A DNA stretch of 64,000 nt. It comes from an uncultured Acidobacteriota bacterium (GTDB taxonomy: Bacteria; Acidobacteriota; Thermoanaerobaculia; UBA5066; DATFVB01). Positions 1-9,562 of this stretch are shown here, in pieces; position 1 is the first letter of the stretch, and each line of letters starts with the position of its first letter. The DNA is taken from positions 982,372 through 1,046,371 of the forward strand of contig CAWEYG010000003.1 in NCBI GenBank assembly GCA_963813155.1. The letters run 5' to 3'. The notes beneath the pieces are model-generated. The model did no database searches, was not told the DNA's origin, and saw only the letters and a program-made list of their open reading frames with translations. The position numbers and the translations under genes were made by a program.

Positions 1-219
1 GCCGAGCGACTCGACCACGCCGGCGCCGTCCGAGCCCGGAATGTGCGGCAGCGCGATCGGAACGTTCGGAAGACCGTCGCGAACGAAGATATCGAGATGA
101 TTCATCGCCGCGGCGCGGATCCGGACGACCGCGTCCCCCGGGCCGGGCCGGGGATCGGGCCGTTCGCCGATTCGCAGCACTTCGTTGCCGCCGTGAGAGT
201 CGAAGTAAACGGCTTTCAT
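1..219 (-). CDS. Zinc-binding alcohol dehydrogenase / quinone oxidoreductase (MDR family), N-terminal part, runs off the window
   Basis: Manual translation from ATG 219: MKAVYFDSHGGNEVLRIGERPDPRPGPGDAVVRIRAAAMNHLDIFVRDG...PHIPGSDGAGVV, a typical GroES-like MDR N-domain. Confidence 0.85.
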   Translation of the reverse strand, partial: MKAVYFDSHGGNEVLRIGERPDPRPGPGDAVVRIRAAAMNHLDIFVRDGLPNVPIALPHIPGSDGAGVVESLG

Positions 220-241
220 GCTTTCCCTTTCCGTTCGGCCA

Positions 242-1810
242 TCAGTTCAAGTAGCCGAGGGACTTGAGCTTCCGCAGGTATTCCCGCCCCGAAGCCGATT
301 CCTCCGCCGCGGGTTCGCGCGAGGTCCGGGTCCCGAAGGTGGGAACCCGGCGTTCCTCGAGCGCTCCGGCCGCGAAGAGACCGGAAAGCGGAGAGCCCTC
401 GAGGTCGCGCGCCGGCGGAATCCCGAGGCGCGCGAGAATGGTCGGGGCGAGATCCTCGGCGCGAGCCGGCGTTCGCGACGAGCCGGTCGCCGCCGAATCG
501 ACGAACGCGGCGGCCCCCTCATCTCCCGCCCGGCCGGCATCCACGATGATCCAGAGACTCTCCTCGCCCGCCTTCGCCCTCTGCATCTCCTCCTGCACGA
601 ATCGGCGCGCGCCGTCGGAGAGACCTTCGCGATCGATGTCGGCCCCGGGCAGGTAGATCGCCGAAAGCAGCGGCCGGACCCGGAGCCGCGCCTCGCGCAG
701 CCGGGCGACCGCATATTCGTCGACTTCCGCGCCCGAGCGCGCCCGTGCGGCGATCTCGGAGTTGTCGACGACTTCAGCGCCCGCAACTTTTTCGGAAGCC
801 CACCAGTTCACCGCCGAGGTCGCGATTCCGCAGCGGTTAGCGACCTCCCAGAACGCGTAGGCGCGGCGTTCCGCGCCGGAGACCGGAAGGCGGCCGGCGA
901 CGCCCGCCCAGCGCAGCGGGCCCCGAAAGGCCCACCCGGTGAACAACGGCGGGCGAACGGCCGTCGTTCCGAGCAGCGACGCGCGTTCGAATGCCGCCAC
1001 GCCGTGCCTCGAGGGAGAGACTCCGGTCGCAATCGTGCTCCAGATCTCAGGCGGAGGACCGGTCCGGCGCCGCCAGGAGACCGAAGGAGCGCCCGGAGCC
1101 AGGAGCGCGAGAGATTGAGGTGCGACGCCGTCGAGACCAACGACGAGGAGCGGAATTCGCCGTTGAGACACCGTCACGTTCGGAAACCGCGCCTCCCCGC
1201 TCCCTCTCCACGCGGACATCGAGGAAGCCGCGAGCACCAGGATCAGCGCGATGACCGAGCCGCGGCGGAACGCCGGCCGGTCCGGAAGAGAAACGTGGCG
1301 CCGCAGCGTCAACGACAGCGACGTCGCGCGAGCCGCCCGCGCGAAATAGAACGCGGTGATACAAACCGGAATGAGGGCGAGGACGGGATGACCCCGGCCC
1401 CCCGCGGGAAGTCGGCGCACGCCGACGGCATAGAACGCGAAGACGAGCGCCGCCGCCGCCGCCCCCGCGAGCGCCGCCGTGCGATTCGGACGTTCCGGAG
1501 CGCGGACCGCTCGGGAAAGGAGATAGAGCGCCGCGCCCGCGGCGGCGGCGGGAAGAAGCTCGACCGCAAAGAGAACCGCGAAGAGCAGAAATACTCCGGC
1601 GGCCGGCGCGGCGGCGCCCCGCGACGCGACGGCGGCAGCCGAAGCCGTCGCCAGGGCCACGGCGCCGGAAACGACGGTCGGAGCGATCGCGCCCGACGCG
1701 CGTGGCGCGGTGAAGATCGCCCGTTCGAGGCCCGCGTCGAGGTAGCCCTGCGAACGAAGCCTTTCGCGAACCTTCTCGAGCGTCGGGGAAGGAGCGTTTT
1801 CGGCGCTCAT
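242..1810 (-). CDS. Membrane protein with C-terminal alkaline phosphatase / nucleotide pyrophosphatase-like domain
   Basis: MSAENAPS start at 1810; several TM helices, then LLVVGLDG, WSTIATG..P..HGV, DLAPTILARLG..DLEG and LKSLGYL end motifs of the AlkP superfamily. Confidence 0.7.
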   Translation of the reverse strand: MSAENAPSPTLEKVRERLRSQGYLDAGLERAIFTAPRASGAIAPTVVSGAVALATASAAAVASRGAAAPAAGVFLLFAVLFAVELLPAAAAGAALYLLSRAVRAPERPNRTAALAGAAAAALVFAFYAVGVRRLPAGGRGHPVLALIPVCITAFYFARAARATSLSLTLRRHVSLPDRPAFRRGSVIALILVLAASSMSAWRGSGEARFPNVTVSQRRIPLLVVGLDGVAPQSLALLAPGAPSVSWRRRTGPPPEIWSTIATGVSPSRHGVAAFERASLLGTTAVRPPLFTGWAFRGPLRWAGVAGRLPVSGAERRAYAFWEVANRCGIATSAVNWWASEKVAGAEVVDNSEIAARARSGAEVDEYAVARLREARLRVRPLLSAIYLPGADIDREGLSDGARRFVQEEMQRAKAGEESLWIIVDAGRAGDEGAAAFVDSAATGSSRTPARAEDLAPTILARLGIPPARDLEGSPLSGLFAAGALEERRVPTFGTRTSREPAAEESASGREYLRKLKSLGYLN

Positions 1811-2698
1811 GATCGGCGGTCCCGCAGCGCGTACGCGAGGTCGGCGAGCGGACCGGCGCGGCGCCCGAGAGGCGAGACGGCGGCCGCCGACGCTTCCGTG
1901 AGCTCTCCCGGCGATCGTTCGGGCGATGTCGGGGCCGAGGATTTTCGCGAAATTCGCCCGATGCCCCTCTCCGCGCGCTTTCTTTCCCGTCCGGGCCTGG
2001 TCTCCCTCGACCTCGAGGAGGTCGTCGACGATCTGAAACGCAAGGCCGAGGTTCTTCGCGTATCGGGTCATCGCCTCGATCTCTTCCTCCGACGCGCGCG
2101 CCGCGATCGCTCCTCCGCGCGCCGCCGCCACGAAGAGCTCGCCCGTCTTGAGAGCATGGATTCGCTCGAGCTCGTCGAGCCCGGCGCGCAGAGGGTCCGA
2201 CGAGAGGTCCGCGTCCTGCCCGCGGCAGCAGCCCTTTTCGCCCGAAGCCCGCGCGAGCTCGGCGACGAGGCGCGACCGAATTCGCGGAGGCAAGCCGGGG
2301 GCCGCGGCGAGAATCTCGAACGCTCGATTGATCAGCGAAATTGCCGCGAGGATCGCCGTCGACTCGCCGAACTGCCGGTGGAGCGCCGGGGCCCCGCGCC
2401 GCACGGAGCCGTCGTCCATGGACGGAAGGTCGTCGAAGACGAGCGACGCCGCATGGACCGCCTCGATCGCGACCCCCAGATCGAGCAGGGGCTCTTCGGG
2501 CCCGCGAAAGAGAAGGCCGGACGCGACGGCGACGAGCGCTCGAATCCTCTTGCCGGAGGAGAGGAGAGCCCCTCGCATCGCCTGAGAAAGCCGCGAGTCG
2601 TCCCCCGGGAGCGACGCGGCCAATCTTTGGTCGAGAGCAGGACGAAACCGGTTCGAGAATCTCTCGAAGGAATGGGCCGGCTTCCGGACTGGGGTCAA
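1807..2698 (-). CDS. ispA: Polyprenyl (FPP/GGPP) diphosphate synthase; one frameshift near 1905
   Basis: GKRIR, first DDLPSMDD..RRG motif, GQDADL, KTGELF, FQIVDD; TTG start overlaps upstream stop; C-terminus continues in ORF 1807..2043. Confidence 0.85.
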
Positions 2699-3036
2699 GC
2701 TCCGAAGCTGGCGACGGCTTCCGATTCGACTTCGTACACGTCGAAAACGGTGATCAACTGGGTCACGGTGAGGACGTCCTGGATCTTCGGCGGCAGGTGG
2801 AGAAGACGCAACTTTCCGCCCTTGTTCGTCACCGTGGTGTAGCAGCCGACCAGTTCGCCGATTCCGGAAGAGTCGATAGCGGTCACTTCCTTCATTTCGA
2901 CGAGAATGTTGGTCTTTCCCGATTCGAGGAGCTTCGTGATCGTGTCCCGGAGTTGAATATCGCCCGAACCGATCGTGATCTTGCCCTTCAACTCGATGAT
3001 CGCCACGTTTCCCGAATCCCTCAAGTTCGCCTTCAT
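2695..3036 (-). CDS. Anti-sigma factor antagonist (STAS, RsbV/SpoIIAA family)
   Basis: 113 aa with IDSSGIGEL phosphoacceptor motif. Confidence 0.92.
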   Translation of the reverse strand: MKANLRDSGNVAIIELKGKITIGSGDIQLRDTITKLLESGKTNILVEMKEVTAIDSSGIGELVGCYTTVTNKGGKLRLLHLPPKIQDVLTVTQLITVFDVYEVESEAVASFGA

Positions 3037-3050
3037 TCCTGGGCCTCCTC

Positions 3051-3488
3051 TTAATCCTGTCCGGCGGCAACCAATTTCTTTTCGAGCACGACCTGGGTGC
3101 CGCCGAGCGAGAAATCGTATCGTACATCGTCCATGAACGTCTTCATGTAGAAAATGCCCCGTCCCGAAGTCTTCAGGCGATTCTCCGGCGCGAGCGGATC
3201 AGCCACATCGTCCGGCCGGAAGCCCTGGCCTTCGTCCCCGATCCGCATCCGAAAAACGTCGCCATCGACCTCCATCGTGATCGAGACCCTTTTCTCGGCA
3301 TCTCCCGCGTTTCCGTGCTTGATCGCGTTCGCCATGCCTTCCCGCAACGCCATCGAGATCGCGTGCGTCGTGTCGGCGGAAAGCTTCCACGGCTTCAGGA
3401 TGTGGTCGCAGATGTACTGCGCGAGCTCGATGTTGTCGAACGAGCTCGCGATCGAGAGGGTCACGGGAGGAACTTGCTGCGTTTTCAT
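3051..3488 (-). CDS. Anti-sigma factor Ser/Thr kinase (RsbW/SpoIIAB family, HATPase_c)
   Basis: EGMANAIKHG, DEGQGF and SGRGIFYM motifs; start MKTQQ at 3488. Confidence 0.9.
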   Translation of the reverse strand: MKTQQVPPVTLSIASSFDNIELAQYICDHILKPWKLSADTTHAISMALREGMANAIKHGNAGDAEKRVSITMEVDGDVFRMRIGDEGQGFRPDDVADPLAPENRLKTSGRGIFYMKTFMDDVRYDFSLGGTQVVLEKKLVAAGQD

Positions 3489-3536
3489 TTCCTTGATTTC
3501 GCACGAAAGATACTCGATATGCGAGAATGCGGCAAG

Positions 3537-4697
3537 ATGGCAGGTGGCGGGTTTCGCCGGGTCCGGTGGACCGGGCTCGTGGTGCTCCTGGCCGCCTGGG
3601 CGGCCGCGGCGGAGGAATCCCCGAAGCTGGAATTGGCCCAAAAAACGGTCGAAAAGGTCCGCGGGCGCCAGTTCAAGCGTCCCGTTCCGGCCGAAGAAAT
3701 CGACGCGGCGAGGCTCCGATCCGATCTCGCAAAAAAGTTCGACGAGGGCCTCGCGACGGACAGCGAAGCCTACTTCCGCTCCCTCGCCGCGCTGGGGGCG
3801 ATCTCCGACGGGGACCTCGTCAACCTCCGGGACCGCCTCCTCGATTTCTACGGGTCCCAGGTCCTCGCCTTCTACGACCCCTCGGTCGGGAAATTCTTCA
3901 TCTCCCGGTCGGGCCGGGAGAGGCTCTCGGGCTTCGGAGACTCCGAAGAGACCCTTCTCCTCACGCACGAGCTGACACACGCTCTTCAGGACCAGACGCT
4001 CTCCCTCGACCGGCGGATGCGAGCTCTGCGAGACGACGGCGACGCGGCGCTCGCTCTCCAGAGCCTGCTCGAGGGAGAGGCGACGGAGGTCATGATCGAG
4101 GGCGCCGTCGGCGAAATCCCGGATGCGGAAGAGGGAATCGAGGCGGCGCTCGCGCCCCTCCTGACCGCGGGACTGGCCGACCTCGATCCGGAAGCGAAGA
4201 ACGTCCCCGAGTTCTTCACCCAGCAGCTCTTTTTCCCGTACAGCGACGGCACGGCCTACGTCCGCGCGTTCAAGAAACGCGGCGGGTGGAAAGCGATCGA
4301 CCGGCTCTGGATCGAACCGCCGGGTTCGACGGCGGAGATTCTCCATCCGGGATCGAAGATCGCCGCCGCCGCGAATCTCCTGCCCGAGCGTCTCGCCGCC
4401 CCTCCCGGCGCCACGCTCGCGTACCGGGACACTCTCGGCGAGTGGACCCTCCGTTTTCTCCTGCGCCGCGCCGGGGCCCCCGACCCGGACAAGCTGGCCG
4501 CCGCGTGGCGGGGAGATCGGTTCGCGTTCTTCCGGAAGGGAGACCGGGTCGTCTACGCCGGGAGGATTCGGACGACGGACGCTTCCTCGGCGGCAACGAT
4601 CCTCGCCGCCTGGGTGAAGGTTTCTCCCGGCTCGCGAGGCGTCGTTCGCGGCAGCGACCTCGTCGTCTTCACGGGCTACGAACAACCGCCGATCTGA
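3537..4697 (+). CDS. Secreted zinc-metallopeptidase-like protein (HExxH)
   Basis: Signal peptide, AFYDP, THELTHALQDQ, downstream EGEA, FPYSDG. Confidence 0.7.
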   Translation: MAGGGFRRVRWTGLVVLLAAWAAAAEESPKLELAQKTVEKVRGRQFKRPVPAEEIDAARLRSDLAKKFDEGLATDSEAYFRSLAALGAISDGDLVNLRDRLLDFYGSQVLAFYDPSVGKFFISRSGRERLSGFGDSEETLLLTHELTHALQDQTLSLDRRMRALRDDGDAALALQSLLEGEATEVMIEGAVGEIPDAEEGIEAALAPLLTAGLADLDPEAKNVPEFFTQQLFFPYSDGTAYVRAFKKRGGWKAIDRLWIEPPGSTAEILHPGSKIAAAANLLPERLAAPPGATLAYRDTLGEWTLRFLLRRAGAPDPDKLAAAWRGDRFAFFRKGDRVVYAGRIRTTDASSAATILAAWVKVSPGSRGVVRGSDLVVFTGYEQPPI

Positions 4698-4710
4698 CCC
4701 GAGGGCTCGC

Positions 4711-4785
4711 CCCCCTCACCCGGCGCGCTCGTGGCGCGCCACCCTCGCGCTGACACTGCCTCAAAGGCTGCCCGCGGGGAGAGGG
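4711..4785. repeat. REP-like palindrome of the CCCCTCACCC...GGGGAGAGGG family
   Basis: CCCCTCACCC GGCGCGC tcgt GGCGCGCC ... GGGGAGAGGG between convergent genes; related copy at 22020-22080. Confidence 0.55.
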
Positions 4786-4803
4786 AAATCGGACGGAGAG
4801 CTC

Positions 4804-5584
4804 TTAGAGTCCGAGCGCGAACGGTATCAGGACGAAGATCTCGAACGCGTCGAAGGCTCCGTGCGCGACGACGGCCGGCAGGACGTTTCGATACAACTCG
4901 AACGTCAGCGCGAGCACCGAAGCGAGGATGAAGATGCCCACGAGCAGAAGCGGCTGCCCGTACACGCCGTGCGCGAGCGTGAAGAAGATCGTGGCGCCGA
5001 CCGCGCCGATCCGCGGTTGCAGGAACGACCGAAAGAACGCCTCTTCGAAAACCATCGCCGAGACGACGATCGCGATCTTGAAGGCGACGGGCAGCGCCAG
5101 GATCCACGGGATCACGGGCGAGATCTCCGGCTTCGCCGCCGCTCCCCCGTGCGTGCCGATCGCAAGCTGGAGCACGAGCATTCCCGCGATCGAAACTCCC
5201 CAGGCGAAAGCGGCGATGGGAAATCCGATCAGCAGGAGCCGCACCGGCCGGTCGGTTCGAATCGCGAGAAAATCGACCAGCGGCCCTGCGGCCCGACAGA
5301 AAGTAGTAGACGACCAGGAAAACGAGGAAGACGGCGTGGAGCGCGAAAGCCGAAGCGAGCGACAACTCCTTCGGCGTCGCCGGACGCCCGGACAAACCCA
5401 CGGAGAACGGAGCGACCACGCAAACCAGCAGAACCAGCACCAGGAGGAAGATCGCGGCGTGCCTTCGAGCGGGGGTCGGGAACGCGTCGCGGTCGAATCC
5501 GCCCCGCCGGAGCCCCCGGGTGAGAAAGACCGTCACGGAGAGCACTCCGATCAGGAACAGGATCCCGAAAACGGCGAGATTCAC
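4804..5584 (-). CDS. CPBP (Abi/CAAX) family intramembrane glutamic endopeptidase; frameshift near 5260
   Basis: EEAFFR, FTLAH and AHGAFD motifs in ORF 4804..5244; hydrophobic N-half in ORF starting 5584. Confidence 0.85.
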
Positions 5585-5739
5585 GCGCGCAGCAGTTGGG
5601 AGGCTCGCGCCGAGAGATCGGTCGCGATCAAGATGTCCGCCGATTCGCTTTTTGCCACTTCGACGCGCAGATTACCACGACTGGATCGAGGTCCCCGCCG
5701 GGACCGAATCGCGCTCCGTTTGTTAGAATCGTCGCATTC

Positions 5740-5814
5740 GGGCGGTTAGCTCAGCGGTAGAGCGCCTGCTTTACACGCAGGATGTCGCAGGTTCGAATCC
5801 TGCACCGCCTACCA
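5740..5814 (+). tRNA. tRNA-Val(TAC)
   Basis: GGGCGGTTAGCTCAGCGGTAGAGCG...TTTACAC...GGTTCGAATCC...CCA cloverleaf. Confidence 0.97.
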
Positions 5815-5849
5815 ATCTATCGTACTGGCGTCGGCCGCCGGGAAACGCT

Positions 5850-7175
5850 TCATCTCTGGCCGTGCGGCGGAGGCGGCTCCTTGTCCTTCTTGGGAGGCGG
5901 TTGCTTTCCCTTGCCGGGAGGAGGCCCTCCATGCGAGCCGCCCGCGGAGGAATGCCCGGCGTCGGCGCCGGAATGCGCCGCGTTCCCAGACGCGGCGCCG
6001 TGCTGCACCGGAGCGTCGCGAACGACCTCCCGCGGGGGAGGAGCCTGCGCCGCCTCGTGGTGCGGAGGCGGGGGCGGGGGCTCGTGATGCTGCAGCGCCT
6101 TGTGTTCCTGAGGCGCGGCCTTGTGTTCCTGCTGCACCGTCTCATGCTGCTGCACGGCCTTGTGCTCCGGCGGCGTCTTGTGTTCCTGCTGCACCGTCTC
6201 GTGCTGCTGCACGGCTTTGTGTTCCTGAGGTGCGGCTTTGTATTCCTGCGCGGTCTCATGTTGCCGAGGCGCCGTCTTGTGCTCCAGCGGCGCCGTCGCG
6301 TGTTGCTCGTGGACGGTCCGTTTCTCGGTCCCGGCGGGGTGCTGTTCGATCTTCGCTCCGCCCCCTGCCCGCGCTCCGCCGGCCGCGGCTCCCCCGTTCT
6401 TCGACACCGCGTGAAACTGCCGCGATCGATCCGTCGCGGGGGCGATCACTCCGAGCCTGCTCCCCTTCTGCGCGCCCCCGGCCAAAATCGACGTCGGGCT
6501 GACTCGCGCCACGGACACGTTCTGATGCGGGATACGGGTGTGGGCCACCTGTTCGATCCGCTGGACCGACGGTCCGCGGTTCACGAGGAAACCGCCGGAC
6601 ACGCCGAAATTCGTCGTCCTTTGCCGGCTCTGCTGAAAGACTTCGGCGTTTCTCGTCCGGGGAATTCGGGCCGACGAAATCTCCACGCCGACGAACCGAT
6701 TCGTCGGGACGAAGACGTAGTTCGTCTGCGAAACGACGATCGCGGACCCGGAGTACCCGGAATACGACATGTTGATCGAGGGAGGAATCGGCGCCCAGCC
6801 CACATAGCTGTCGCCGTAGCACCAGGTCACCCAGGCGGGCGCCCAGACGGTCCCGGGAATCCAGACCCATCCGTAGCCAGACTCCCACACCCACGTTCCG
6901 TAGTGGTAGGGCATGCCTCCCCACCGATCGTGAGACACCCAGGTCCAGCCGTAGTCCGTGTAAGCCCATTCGCCGACGGTGTACGGCTGCCAGTCCGAAG
7001 AAACTTCGGATGGCCTCCAGCAGGTGCCGTAGGAAGGCACGTCGACCCAGGATCCGTACGGATCCAGATCGTTCTGGAACATGGAAATGCTCACCGAGAC
7101 GCCCGCGTCGGCGCGAGCCGACAACAGCGCAACGACAGCCACCACGAGAATGGATCGAGTCAAAATGCTCTTCAT
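5850..7175 (-). CDS. Secreted DUF6600-like protein (YGxW/WxP repeats) with His/Gln-rich repetitive tail
   Basis: Signal peptide; LDPYGSW, WQPYTVGEW, YGWTWVS, PYHYGTW, WAPAWV; C-terminal EHK/QHE repeats. Confidence 0.8.
   Translation of the reverse strand: MKSILTRSILVVAVVALLSARADAGVSVSISMFQNDLDPYGSWVDVPSYGTCWRPSEVSSDWQPYTVGEWAYTDYGWTWVSHDRWGGMPYHYGTWVWESGYGWVWIPGTVWAPAWVTWCYGDSYVGWAPIPPSINMSYSGYSGSAIVVSQTNYVFVPTNRFVGVEISSARIPRTRNAEVFQQSRQRTTNFGVSGGFLVNRGPSVQRIEQVAHTRIPHQNVSVARVSPTSILAGGAQKGSRLGVIAPATDRSRQFHAVSKNGGAAAGGARAGGGAKIEQHPAGTEKRTVHEQHATAPLEHKTAPRQHETAQEYKAAPQEHKAVQQHETVQQEHKTPPEHKAVQQHETVQQEHKAAPQEHKALQHHEPPPPPPHHEAAQAPPPREVVRDAPVQHGAASGNAAHSGADAGHSSAGGSHGGPPPGKGKQPPPKKDKEPPPPHGQR
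6085..6310 (-). repeat. Coding tandem repeat (6-7 aa units EHKAVQ / QHETVQQ / EHKAAPQ)
   Basis: Repeated TTGTGTTCCTG and GCTGCACCGTCTC motifs visible in DNA and protein. Confidence 0.85.
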
Positions 7176-7199
7176 GACAGTCCCTCGAGAAGGCTGGTC

Positions 7200-7215
7200 A
7201 GCAACAAGTGTGCCA
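7200..7215 (-). promoter_or_regulatory. Sigma54 -24/-12 promoter for the DUF6600 gene
   Basis: Minus strand TGGCAC-ACTTG-TTGCT, exact consensus spacing, about 25 nt upstream of ATG 7175. Confidence 0.75.
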
Positions 7216-7242
7216 TGAGAGACGCCGCAGAACGAGAATCGC

Positions 7243-7271
7243 TTGACCTGCGTCCCCCGGTCGCATATCGT
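7243..7271 (+). promoter_or_regulatory. Sigma70-type promoter for tRNA-Asp
   Basis: TTGACC-17 nt-TATCGT. Confidence 0.6.
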
Positions 7272-7284
7272 TCCCTTTCTTCGC

Positions 7285-7362
7285 GGGGCTGTAGTTCAGT
7301 TTGGTTAGAACGCCGGCCTGTCACGCCGGAGGTCGCGGGTTCGAACCCCGTCGGCCCCGCCA
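7285..7362 (+). tRNA. tRNA-Asp(GTC)
   Basis: GGGGCTGTAGTTCAGTTTGGTTAGAACG...CTGTCAC...GGTTCGAACCC...CCA. Confidence 0.97.
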
Positions 7363-7450
7363 GTTCGACTCGCTACGCTTCGTGAATCGGCGCTTCGCGC
7401 CGACGAACTGGCGCATCTAATCTGGGGGAAGAATCCGCCAGACCCCCTCC

Positions 7451-7515
7451 CGATGTTGCGAGTTCTTTTCGGCGAGCGAGGAACTGCCGGGCGCCGCCAC
7501 GGGCCGAGCGAACTC
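7451..7515 (-). repeat. Degenerate partial copy of the fold-back intergenic element (5' arm)
   Basis: Reverse complement GAGTTCGCTCGGCCC...AACTCGCAACATCG resembles 33706 GAGCTCGCTCGGCTC...AACTCGCGGCATCG. Confidence 0.5.
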
Positions 7516-9562
7516 AGGCGGCCCCGGTCTCGAGCTTCGTGAGCGCCTCGTCGGTCGCCAGCAGGATCAGCCGGTCGCCGCGCTGGAGCCGGTCCGTCGC
7601 CGAAGGAACGAACCGGCGTTCGAGCCCGTCGCGCCCGAGACGCTTGACCGCGAGGATCGTCACCCCGAACCGGCTCCGAAAATTCGCCTCGGACACGGTG
7701 CGCCCGTAGTACTCGGGCGGCACGTCGATTTGCGACAACCGGTGCCGCTCGGGCAGCTCGAAGTAATCCACCTCGCGGCCGCCCTCGCCCCCGTGGCCGA
7801 TCTTCGCGAACAGCCGGCTCTGCCGAAGGGCCTCGCGCTCGAAGGCCCCGAGCAGGTCGCGGCGCGTCACCATGCCCAGGAACTTTCTCTCCTTTTCCGA
7901 GGAAACGACCGGCAGCCAGCCGAGATCGCGGAGCCAGAGCTTTTCGTTGACCGACGAGAGCGGCTCCTCGGGCGTCACGAAGGGAATCTCGCGGACGAGG
8001 TCGCCCGCGATCACGAGATGCGAGAGCGCCGGGTCGGAGAGCTCCGGGTCGCCGAGAACATCCTTCAAATCGTGCAGGTCGATGACCCCCAGCAGGTTGC
8101 CTCCCGAGTCACCGACGAAGAGATAGAAGGCCCGCGTCTCCAAAAACGTTCGGACGATTTCCGGCAGCGGGACCGTCTGAGGGATCAGGTGAATGTCGGT
8201 TCGCATGATCTCCTTGACGCGCATGCTCGCGAGCGCTGTCGACTCCGGCGTCTCGCTCCACTCCACGCCCGATTCGCGGAGCTCCTCGACGTAGACCGAT
8301 TCCTTCTCGAACACCTTCGCTCCGGAGATGGCCAGGATCGAGACGATCATCATCGGGAGCACGACGTTTCCATCCTGCGTGAGCTCGAACATCATCACGA
8401 TCGCGAGAAACGGCGCGCGGGTCGTGCCCGCCAGCATCCCCCCCATCCCGAGAAGCGCGTAGGCGGACACGGGCGCCGAGACGTGCGGGAAGAGCGTTTC
8501 CACGACGATCGCGACGGAACCGCCCAACGCCGCGCCGACCATCAACGCAGGCGTGAACACGCCGCCGACCCCTCCCGAGCCGATCGTGAGCGCCGTCGCC
8601 AGAATTTTGCACGCAAAAATCGCGACGAAGAACCAGAGGATGGGTTTCATCGCGAGGAGATGATTGGTCCCTTCGAAACCGTTCCCCCAGACCTCCGGAA
8701 AGGCGAAGGCGAGCCCTCCGACGCCGAGCCCGCCGAGAGCCATCCTCCACTCGTCCCGCCAGCCCAGCCGGAGAAACATCTTCTTCGAGAATCGAAGCGT
8801 TCTCATGAACAGGACCGAACCGAGCCCGGCCAGAAGCCCGACGGCAATGTACGGAACGGTCTCGCGCACGGACCCGATCTCGAAGGTCGGCATCCGGTAC
8901 AGCGGCTCGTTCCCCAGGACGGCGCGGGTCAGCAGAGCCGACACGAAAGCGGAAACGATCGCGGGGCCGAACACCGCCATCGTGAACGACCCGATGACGA
9001 GCTCCACGACGAACAGCGTCGCGGAAAACGGCGTGTTGTACGCGCCGGCGACGCCGGCGGCCATCCCGCACGCGACGAGCACGCGGGCCCGCTCCGGCGA
9101 GACCTGGACGGCGCGCGCCACGACGGAGGAAAACGCCGCGCCCATCTGGATGATCGGGCCCTCGCGCCCTTCCGAGCCTCCGGTCGAGATCACGAGAGCC
9201 GAAGAAGCCGTTCGCGCGAGCGATTGCCGAAATCGAACCGTGCGGCGGCCCACGGCCACGACCTCCATGATCTGCGCGATTCCCATGGTTCCCCCGGTCC
9301 GCACGAAGACGCGGGCGATGACGCCGCCGGCCAGGCCCCCAAGAGTCGGGATCAGGAGCCGGGCGAGGTAAGGAAGGGCCGCGGCTCCTCGGACGATGTC
9401 GGACGTGCCCGTGAGGCGCTCCGTGAGCGCCTGCGTGAACCAGCGAAACACAATCGCGCCGGCGGCCCCGAGGACTCCCACGAGGACCGCCAGCGCCAGA
9501 AACTGCGTGTTCGGATCCCGCCAGAAAAGCCGGGCGAAACGGATCCGGCTACTCGTCCCCAC
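7514..9562 (-). CDS. ClC-family chloride channel/antiporter with CBS pair and C-terminal RCK_C (TrkA-C) domain
   Basis: GREGPIIQ, GVGGVFTP, many TMs, two CBS repeats, C-terminal TILAVKR...LQRGDRLILL. Confidence 0.93.
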   Translation of the reverse strand: MGTSSRIRFARLFWRDPNTQFLALAVLVGVLGAAGAIVFRWFTQALTERLTGTSDIVRGAAALPYLARLLIPTLGGLAGGVIARVFVRTGGTMGIAQIMEVVAVGRRTVRFRQSLARTASSALVISTGGSEGREGPIIQMGAAFSSVVARAVQVSPERARVLVACGMAAGVAGAYNTPFSATLFVVELVIGSFTMAVFGPAIVSAFVSALLTRAVLGNEPLYRMPTFEIGSVRETVPYIAVGLLAGLGSVLFMRTLRFSKKMFLRLGWRDEWRMALGGLGVGGLAFAFPEVWGNGFEGTNHLLAMKPILWFFVAIFACKILATALTIGSGGVGGVFTPALMVGAALGGSVAIVVETLFPHVSAPVSAYALLGMGGMLAGTTRAPFLAIVMMFELTQDGNVVLPMMIVSILAISGAKVFEKESVYVEELRESGVEWSETPESTALASMRVKEIMRTDIHLIPQTVPLPEIVRTFLETRAFYLFVGDSGGNLLGVIDLHDLKDVLGDPELSDPALSHLVIAGDLVREIPFVTPEEPLSSVNEKLWLRDLGWLPVVSSEKERKFLGMVTRRDLLGAFEREALRQSRLFAKIGHGGEGGREVDYFELPERHRLSQIDVPPEYYGRTVSEANFRSRFGVTILAVKRLGRDGLERRFVPSATDRLQRGDRLILLATDEALTKLETGAA

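Noticed and set aside
218-2842. Long Arg/Gly/Pro-rich ORFs here and at 34385-37597, 49863-52937, 58350-61742
   Set aside because: Antisense or shadow frames of real genes in very GC-rich DNA; no protein motifs
242-3127. 961-aa ORF fusing prenyl synthase and AlkP-like protein
   Set aside because: Frameshift near 1905; the true IspA C-terminus is in ORF 1807..2043 and the second gene has its own ATG at 1810
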